A stretch of 62,089 bases of DNA from Octopus bimaculoides. Its lineage: Eukaryota. The notes beneath the pieces are model-generated. The model was not told the origin of the DNA. It did not search any database and saw nothing but the letters and a program-made list of their open reading frames with translations. The stretch is taken from the NCBI RefSeq assembly GCF_001194135.2, contig NC_068984.1, forward strand, positions 34,666,786 through 34,728,874, read 5' to 3'. Each line of letters opens with the position of its first letter. Position 1 is the first letter of the stretch. The position numbers were made by a program, and so were the translations under genes. Positions 53,190 to 62,089 of this stretch are shown here, piece by piece.

Positions 53190-54900
53190 TCACTATGCGA
53201 ATGTTTTTCTCTGCAAAGCGATTGGACGACATCTAAGAAATGACGTTGAGAATCATAGACTAAACAAATCGTTGCAGGCTGCAGAGGAAAGGAAAAGACT
53301 AAAAAGATAGCGGCATTCCCTAGGTCGGAATTGACGATGTTTAAGATCATGGGTGGTTTCATGATAACAATGTGCGATACGTGAGGTATACAAAACCTTC
53401 TTTACTCACTTTTTAAATCATCAGTGGAGATTAATTCACTACTGCCACAAATAGTGGCGGAAGTGCCACCTATCCTCATCAGTGAAATTGAGAATGACCT
53501 CAAATTGATGAAAATAGATAGAGTTCTTTCAATAGATAAAATTACAAAACACGAAAAGTGAGGAGGTGATGAGCTGTGGAAAATCCACGTTCTACTCTTA
53601 AATCGTTAGTTCAAGGAGGGTAAAATACCCTCACTCTGGAAAGTCAGATACTCTCCGGCTTCATAAAAAGGGTGATAAAGAAGATTTACAAATTATTTTC
53701 CATATGCCTCTTGTCTCACTCCTATAAGTTGCTAACAAAGTTCATAGTCAGTAGTTATCGAAACATCTTGACGACCAAGAGCGGTGAGAACAAGTAGCTT
53801 TCCATAAGTATTATACTACGACAGATAACATATTCACTCTTACACAGCTCATAGAACGAGGGAACGAATAGTTTCCCCCTGTGTGTTGCTTTTGTTTATT
53901 ACAAAAAGACCTTCGATAGCGTAATGTATCAAATACACCAAACTCGTCAGAGACCCGAAATCTTGATGCACAGCAAATACATCTCTGCTATCATAACCAA
54001 TAAGTGTCCCAAATGAGAATGATACTTCTCCCCAAAGTTCCTTAACGCATGTCTAAAAATGGTCATCAATGAATTTGACTTGACAATGGCGTGAAAATCA
54101 ATGGTGAGCAACTAAAACAATATCAATTAGAAAATGACATTGTACTCATCGCTATAACTATAGACCAGCTGCAAACCATATTTAAAAAGACTGGACACTC
54201 AGCTTAGCAGAAGCTGTTAAGACAAGCGCATAAAAAGAAAATATATGCGGTCAGAAGATGCCACACATAGCCAAGTAGAGGTAGGCAGTGAAGGAATGAC
54301 TTCGGATAGGTTAAGGATCACATCCACCTAGGGCATACAGTGAATATGTGCCTAGATATGGATGCTAAAATTTTAAAGAGCACAAAGGCAGGATTGAAGG
54401 CATTGAAGGCATTGAAGTCAGTAAATAACGTACTCAAAACAAAGGTAAACAATACCACGAGTGCCATCGCTTCAATAACACTGTCCAAGCTGTGTTCTTA
54501 ATGGAAGTGAGATGTGAGCTGCAAGGAAGAGGATAGAACATCTATTGGCTATGACGCAAAGGGCTGTGGAAAGATTCGTGCTAGTAATATTACGAGAACA
54601 TACTGGATATGGTATAATTTGAGAACAGAGTGGAGTGAACGATGTGATGGCATAATAGCGAAAGTACATGCTTCGTTGGGCCGGGAATGCCCCAAGATTC
54701 ACAGAAAACAGTTGCCGAGTGGTATACAAAGAGACCGGGCCATTTTGAAGGCCCCCCACAGCCATGGGAAAATAATCTGGCAATAGGGGCCATGATGGAA
54801 CAGAATGTCACAATCAAGAACAAAATTGGAAGCGCATTGTGACCAGCGGTGTGTAAACAATATCTAATAGTCTGCTTGATACTGTAAATATTGTGAAAAT
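53190..54900 (+). mobile_element. Degenerate 5'-truncated RTE-clade LINE (reverse transcriptase region)
   Basis: Frameshifted remnants: ENHRLNKSLQAAEERK, EVPPILISEIEN, LHKKGDKEDLQNY, TDNIFTLTQLIE, P(L)CVAFVYYKKTFDSV, SPKFLNACL, GVKINGEQL..DIVLIA. These are RT subdomains in the RTE order, with many stops. Confidence 0.85.
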
Positions 54901-56159
54901 ACACAGATGTGTTTGGAATAATTTTGAATATTGGAAAGCATCAAGCTAATAGTAAAATGTAAATAGATTTTTTGCATTCGATGGAAGGAATAGACGTTAT
55001 GTCATACGGCGGATCTTTTCACTAGTATTCGATTATTCCTCAGACAAAGCGTACGAGTAATCTCCAATCGATAGCTTTTATTCCATCTTACCTTATATGA
55101 TGGTAGTCCACCGTAGGCGGGTATTTTCATTTCGTTATCTTTAGTTTCCGGATCTAGCGACTGGGTGAACTATATATATTTTATGTTTCATCACAACGTG
55201 TAACAGAAGTACTGAAATTTTCTGCATTGTGCATAAATTAAATATCGTTTACTTAATGAGTGATCTAAAATATAAATATGCGATTTAAGCTATATACTGC
55301 GGTCAGGTAAGATTAGGTAGACATCTTTTCAAAACTGATACCCAACCAAGATTCCCAACTTCTCATTCTTCGAAATCTTGGTGAAAATGTATTTACATTC
55401 TCATACATTTCTTCATGGTATCTAGTGACTCTTTAATATTTAAAACTATTTCGGTAGATCTGATTCATGACATTATGCATCACACACACACACGCACACG
55501 TATACGTATATTGCATGTATATATATATTCGTGTGTGTGTGTGTCTGTGTGTGTGTATGTGTCTGTGTGTGTGTGTGTGTGTCTGTGTGTGTCTGTGTGT
55601 ATATTTCTACCTACATTCATACATATACACGCACACACACGCACGCAAACACACTCACACACACACATATATATTCATATAGAAACACCCATGCATAAAT
55701 ATATACATGTATATATGCATATATAAGTGTGTCTGTATATATAAGTATGTAGCTGTGTACAGCTTTATGTGTTTCTGTTGGTGTGTGTGTGTTTATATAT
55801 GTACATAAAAAATAGACGCACTGATTCATACGCATATATACATTACTGAAATCCGTCCAGAAATTGACTTGTTGATGGTCGACTGAATAAATCCATTACT
55901 GAATTAGGTGCGTTATACAAATGGGAAATAGACATCTGTCTGAGACCAAACGCCGGCTACTTTAATCAAATACACAGGAGAACCTCTTTAGGTGCATCGT
56001 GTAACAAAAGTACAGAAATCTTTTTAACAAACCATTGAAAAATTATTTTAGACATTTTTTAATATTTTCTATTGCAACCGTTAATATTATTATCCTTATT
56101 GTTCATGTGATACAATCATGAAGAAATCATGATGAATATCATTATTATTATGCTGTTTA

Positions 56160-56545
56160 ATGTGGCGAGAACGCAGAATCAATAACACAACGGCACTTCG
56201 TCCCTCTGGGATCAAAAACTGCCGGGTCGTCTTTGCCTTTTATCCTTTCGGGGTCGATAAAGTAATGTGACATTTGAATACTGGGGTAGATGTAATAGAG
56301 GTAAATCTCCTCGTATTTCGTGGCCTTGTGCCATTTTAAGGCGGTGAGCTGCGGGAAACTGTCGGATATCGGGCAAAATGCTTTGCGGCATTTCATCCGT
56401 CTTTACGTACTGAGTTCAAATTCCACCCAAGTCGACTTTGCTATTCATCGTGTCGAGTCGATAAAATAAATTTCCTTTGAACACTGGGGTTAATGTAATC
56501 GTTTTACAAGCTCCGCCGAAATTGCTGGCCCTGTGCCAAATTATG
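56160..56545 (+). mobile_element. Two tandem Nin/Deu-domain-like SINEs (56160-56335 and 56339-56545)
   Basis: Both carry ctttgcc/tattcatc.tt.cggggtcgataaa..actgggg..gatgtaat..ggcc.tgtgcca. The second has a tRNA-like head with gagttcaaattcc. Confidence 0.75.
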
Positions 56546-56694
56546 ATAGCAATATGTTGATTTGCATTATGTTTGTAAGATACATCTTCTGTTATATCAT
56601 TGGTTATTGACTTTACCGAACAGTAATTCTAAGGTGAATCACGGCTACATATTCTAGTGTTGGGTTAGGTACGTCATTTTGGAACGCGTGTAAA

Positions 56695-56728
<34 letters not shown>

Positions 56729-57479
56729 GCGAATTGGCATTAGCATTAGGGAGTCGAATATGGAGTGGCTTTAGAGCGTTAAGACCTGTGCTTCATGGTA
56801 TTTATATCAATTCTCTGCGCTCTGAGAATAAACACCAGCTGTATGAACTTTGTGTTACCTTGTTTGGTGAGGTGGTGCAGTTTTATGAAAAAAATTTGAA
56901 AAACGTCGCACTAGATATCACATATTTTCCTGACTCTTCCTATTTAGAGTTCACATTACGAATATCCTATCTTATCTATTCATTGTGGCGTATTTTTTTC
57001 CTGGCGGGAAGTGGCGTTGCAAACTTGTATATAGTATGTGTAGTGTGTGACACATTTCTGATGATTATATAACTCATGTCGTGTCTATTTTATTATGTTC
57101 GTCTGAAATAGGTGTTACTTGCAGCCTCCCTATAAGATCGCTGTGACTGTCCTTTTCAACTGAATCTGCTTAGCTGCGGTATTATTTAGATTGTGGATTT
57201 TCTTATGTATGCAGTGCTCTGACATTTATTGGTTTTGATTTCAATGCCATTTACTGCATAGCGAATATTATTTTTGCTAGTGTTACTGATGACACTAAGA
57301 TCATCACCATTGTTGTCATCAACATCATCAACATTATTATTATTTTTGTGTGAGAGAGCAGTACATGCGTCAAAGTGACACAAGGTTACAAATATAAAAA
57401 GCCCAGTATAACCATCGTGACTACTCGCCTGATGAATGTGCATCGGACACATGCATTACAACTATATACATGCGACATG

Positions 57480-57900
57480 TTGACCTCATATCAGGATAAA
57501 CAGTACATGACCTTGCAGTGGGGCCCAGTGAGAATTTGTTTTTGGTCGAGTTGCCCATCCCGTTCTAAAGGTTCCCGAGTAAGTGTTGTTTAAGATTGAT
57601 GAAAGAAGCACGTTTCCAAAGGTGAATTATTCAAAAACTAAAGAATACTTCTGAGCACATGGCTATGATCCACTCCCACTACTTCTGTTCGTGATCAAAG
57701 ATGCACATACCGTAAGCCTGTATGGGACATGTTCAATAGGTAAAGGTCAAGCAATTGACAAGCAATCTGCTTTTTTGAAGAGAATATTTCATATAGCCCA
57801 TATTTTACATCAAGACAAAGCATATACATGATAACTCTTCCAATCAATTAACATCAAAAAGTCACGAGAGCCACCGCCTGTTACCACATCAGGGTAACTT
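57480..57900. repeat. Dispersed repeat of unknown family, related to 22158-22310
   Basis: See 22158-22310. Confidence 0.6.
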
Positions 57901-58034
57901 TACTATTATGTTATTTTACATCTGAATGCACTTTATCTTACTTGCTCTGGTTAATCCTTTGACAGCAGACGGCAACCTGTTGTGAAAGTTCTCTCAGGGT
58001 CTCTTTCCAAGTATGAGAAGACTTGGTACATACA

Positions 58035-58035
<1 letters not shown>

Positions 58036-58103
<68 letters not shown>
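58036..58103. repeat. (ATT)n microsatellite
   Basis: Direct read. Confidence 0.95.
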
Positions 58104-58299
58104 CACTAGTGCTGGACGTGTATTTCGAGGCTCCGTGTGTGCAGTTTTTACTTCCAAAGAGATTGTTATCGTTACATTTCAGAGTTCTAACTTGTGACTA
58201 AGTTAATCTAGACCATATTGGTCTCATTAATGGGGTTATTTTGTTTGTCCTTCGGGGCAGAAATCACTCGAAAAGAAAATTTATTTTCCTTTCAAACTT

Positions 58300-59950
58300 T
58301 ACAAAATTTAATATGGCGTCGTCTTTGTCAGCAAGTCAACAAGAGAGAGAAATGGGAGTAGATGTAGAACGTCAAATTGTATTTCGCCGTCACTCGCCCC
58401 CACTCACTATAGATGTAAATGATTGTGGTTGTAACAGGAGGTATGGCAACAGCAAATACAACAACAACCATAGTGGAAGTATCAGGATTAAAGAGAATTA
58501 GGTCAAGGAAGCCAGAAATATAACTAGACGCAGCCAATTGTGCTAGAAAAAATATCAACACTACGACTACCACACAAATCAGAAAAAATTCCAACAAAGA
58601 ACGAAACGTTTTAAATAAAAATAACGTTTCCTTAGCAAAAGTAATAAATAAGTTCGAAATTATGTCGTAGAAAGATAAGGAAGAACATTTAAAGGAAGCT
58701 GAGCGGATTATAAGACGTGAAGAAAGAAGGGCCACACTAAACGTGCCTGAAAACATGTAAGAGACAATCGAAAAAAATAACATCATGTACAGATATTTGT
58801 CCATGAAAAGAAGAAGACTGAAAAAAATACCATCAGACCAAGCCGAGCTCTGACTGAATAAGGTATGGGAGGGATATCAGCATTGTCTGCCACGCCCCAA
58901 TGTCCGGCTACCTCAAGGTCGTATTCCTGTCAGAATCACTAGCACAAAAACACTCAACTGTCCCATTAGAAACGAATGAATTCACTTAATTCACATCTAT
59001 CTGGAAAAGAGAGTGATCCGAATAAAAATAAGTAACAGACCACCAGAAATCGATTTATGGTGGGAAGTGAAATCTGTGGTGCTGGAAGATCCTAGAAGCC
59101 ACCTAGAAATCCCAAAATCCAAAAGGGAAAATTGGGTTGGGATAGGGTTGGAAATTCCACTGCAAGTAAAGCCAGAAGTGTAGACGAAATTCCCGACCGA
59201 ATAGAAATCCCTGGAGGCATCTGCGTGTGATCGTGGAAGGAAGAAGCCGAGATGTTGCATCTGTGGCGATTCAGATTAAATCAGTCTATTGCCCGAAGGA
59301 GAAAAGGAAAGGGGAGAAATTATCTGCAGCAACCACTAATACCACTACAACCACAACAACAGACACCACATCAGAGCAGCAGCAGCTGCAGCTTCAGCAG
59401 AAATACCAACAGAGACAACTGGACACGGCAGCATCACAAAAAAAACAATGCAGCGCCGGCATCAGCTGCAACTACAACAACAATTGGAGTGGAAATAACT
59501 GCACAACGTCAAGCAGAATGCACACCAGCAACAGCAACAACCACATCACAAACAGCAACAACAACGGTAGCAACAGGGATCACCTCACCAAAATTAATGG
59601 CAACACTATTAACAACGCCAACAGTAAAACAAATAACTGTAGAAGAAATACCCCTCCGCTATTCAGATAACGAAAACGACGGAAATAACGAAGAACAAGC
59701 ATGGCAAATTGTCATGCGAGAACGGAGGAAAAGACGGAAGAACCCAAACCATATCCAGAAAAAAAGGCAAGTACGAGAAAAAGGAGTGAAGGAACGGTAT
59801 CAACAGCACACCAAGCATAAATTCACCTACACACACAGAGGCAAAAATAACATCATCCCCACCACTACCACCACCAGAACCTTCAAAATCATCACAAACA
59901 CAACACAGCCTGCATACACAACAGATGTACTACATTCCAACAAATGATCA
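58300..59950 (+). pseudogene. Decayed gag-like/ORF1 region of a non-LTR retrotransposon with one broken CCHC zinc knuckle and a low-complexity T/Q/N-rich C-terminus
   Basis: Frameshifted, protein-like text: EEHLKEAERIIRREERRATL..YLKVVFLSESLAQKHSTVPLE..YLEKRVIRIKISNRPPEID..VDEIPDRIEIPGG..VIVEGR(K)PRCCICGDSD-IKSVYCP (59253-59295; C-x2-C-x4-[H lost]-x4-C), and a basic AWQIVMRERRKRRK motif. The clade assignment is recalled resemblance, not a search result. Confidence 0.55.
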
Positions 59951-60180
59951 TAAACCTTACATTATAAATCTTACGGCCCTAACCATAAAAAAATAAAGAA
60001 TGTATAGAACACATCCACAAACACATGGATATTAATGAATCCAGTTAAAATTTTGAAGAGGCTGATTACAAGGCATTTTGTCATTTCAACAAAATGGTTT
60101 TAGAAAATGATTTGAAGGTCAAATTCCCCTTTCCTATTCTGTTTTTGTACTGATAAAAGTTTAGAAATGTACGCAGATAG

Positions 60181-60459
60181 TGCAAGGCGTGGCTATGTGG
60201 TAAGAAGCTTGCTTCCCAGCCACATGGTTCCGCATTCAGTCCTTCTGCGTGACACGTTGAGCGAGTGCTACCGCTATAGCTCAGGGTTGACCAAAACCTT
60301 GTAAATGGATTTGGTAGATAAAAACTGAAAGTACCCCATCGTATATATNNNNNNNNNNNNNNNNNNNNNNNNNNNNNNNNNNNNNNNNNNNNNNNNNNNN
60401 NNNNNNNNNNNNNNNNNNNNNNNNNNNNNNNNNNNNNNNNNNNNNNNNNNNNNNNNNNN

Positions 60460-60491
<32 letters not shown>

Positions 60492-60775
60492 GTACATATA
60501 TATATATATGTGTGTGAGTGTGTATGTGTGTGTGCGTGTTTGTGTGTCTGTGTCCTTGGGCCTTTGTGTCCATGTTTGTCCGCCATCGCTGCTTGACAAA
60601 CGGTATCTGTATGTATACGTCCCCATAATTATTAGTTGGGCAAAAGATACCGATAGAATAAGTGCCAGGGTTAAAGAAAAAAGGACTGGGGGCGATTAGT
60701 CCAACTAAAATCATTCAAGGCGGTGCCCCAGCATAGCAGCAGTCTAATGACTGAAACAAGCTGAAAGATAAAAAA
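60181..60775 (+). mobile_element. Octopus-type tRNA/CORE-like SINE spanning an N-gap
   Basis: Head ggcgtggctatgtggtaagaagcttgcttccc and tail gcagtctaatgactgaaacaag. Confidence 0.9.
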
Positions 60776-62026
60776 AATAAATTGACTTATATTTATCCGC
60801 TTCTTTACACTTAACTACAATGTTATAAACTTATGTTCTTGGCTGGTATCCACAAAGGTATTCATTTGATGCTAGTGTTGACGAATATTCTGCAATTTCT
60901 TTTGTTCCAAATATACATACCTCGGTTTCCAATCGTGAAAATTAGAATTTCATACAAATGTATCAACGTCTTTTTCTGCCAGAATTCCATATGGAATAAT
61001 TTGTTGAATAGCTGTTTGCAGAGAGACTACTTTGAATTATTTTAATATTCGTTCATTTGAAGACAGCAAGTACAATTACAGTAAATATTACAGTAGTGGA
61101 TCCTATTTTCTAATTGCTATTCCTTTGAATATTGTTTCTTACAAATGTCAGTCTCATTATTTCCTTGATATATTATAAGTTTGTATTACTCTTGTTTATG
61201 AAAATTTCGGTTAAATTTTTGCTTTCACAGATTATTACAATTCCTGATGCAGTTTCATTTATTAACAAAGTGAGAATACACACCACTGTTTCTTTTACAC
61301 ACTACATTTCATAAAGATATTCCTATGTCAACTGAAGATCATAAATCACTGTAATAGGTTTTGAACGAAATAATGTACTGAAGTGTTATCTGAAAAGCTC
61401 ATTCGAATCAATTAGCTTCACGCCAGTGTGTGGTCCGAGGTTTGAGTTTATGTAACGATGTTGTCAAATCTGCTTCCGGTTATGATGTACTTTATCATAT
61501 TCCAACCATTGCATTAGTGTTAGCTGAAACACATGTACTTAGTATATAGCTATCCCTGCTGAAATATTATATTTGACTAAGATTGATTTCGATCCACTTT
61601 CAAAGCAATCTATTTAAGTACCAAGATATCTGGACTTTGTGGCGTTTCATATATTCTGATGTTATAGTTTTTAATATTGCACTGTTAAAGTGTCAGGTTA
61701 GAAAAATTGTTTTATTCTCTCTCATAAAGTCCCATATTTTTTTAAAAGACATTTTCTGTAGCTTTTAGTATCAGGCAGTAAAGAAATGATATATTAAGAA
61801 GAAAATACGACTAAAAGGGTTCTGTTTTTTGTAAATATAACCATATTACGGGTTGAAAAAATACCACCGAGGAAGTCGATCAAGAAGGTATGAATATCAG
61901 CCAATAACCTTTCTAATCAAAATTTAACATTAGAAACACGGATGGTATACTGAATACAGCGAATTTATATATAACGTATAATATATAACTTCTAATATAA
62001 TAATGAGGGTAGTGTTATTCTATATT

Positions 62027-62089
<63 letters not shown>

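Noticed and set aside
58328-58804. 158-aa hydrophobic minus-strand ORF as a membrane protein, and its phase-1 GT donor ATA|GTGAGT at 58408 (leader MVVVVFAVAIPPVTTTIIYIY from ATG 58471)
   Set aside because: It is the in-register antisense of the decayed ORF1-like frame, and the T-rich composition explains its length and hydrophobicity. The leader has a PP/TTT-interrupted core. Not excluded, but unsupported.
59227-59947. 147-aa and 231-aa T/Q/N-rich plus-strand ORFs as a host gene
   Set aside because: Low complexity, no splice structure, and contiguous with frameshifted gag-like remnants, so treated as part of the transposon relic.
61238-61276. Apparent 39-nt plus-strand microexon (ttttgctttcacag|IITIPDAVSFINK|gtgaga); also isolated plus-strand donors at about 22645 and 55307
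   Set aside because: No partner exons or recognisable protein; such sites occur by chance.

Overview
AT-rich, microsatellite-saturated eukaryotic genomic DNA with 12 N-gaps. The SINE repertoire and repeat texture point to an octopus/coleoid cephalopod draft assembly (inference). Only one host exon is well supported: a 107-nt minus-strand exon (31274-31380) encoding the first half of a Dpr/DIP/lachesin-like Ig domain. Most of the window is therefore probably intron or flank of a large neural IgSF adhesion gene. The remainder is a transposon archive: three groups of tRNA-derived SINEs, two RTE LINE remnants, an ORF1-like gag/zinc-knuckle remnant, adjacent DD37D and DD34D Tc1/mariner relics, a TTAA-flanked MITE, a probable Helitron 3' end, and a Penelope-like GIY-YIG fragment with ~370-bp inverted repeats. 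The most notable structure is a head-to-head array of a ~350-bp monomer (12560-13440). It carries a type I hammerhead ribozyme with an intact catalytic core on the + strand and a decayed copy on the - strand, an arrangement resembling retrozymes or Penelope terminal repeats. Almost all ORFs in the supplied track are microsatellite or N-gap artefacts. All alignments and counts were done by eye.
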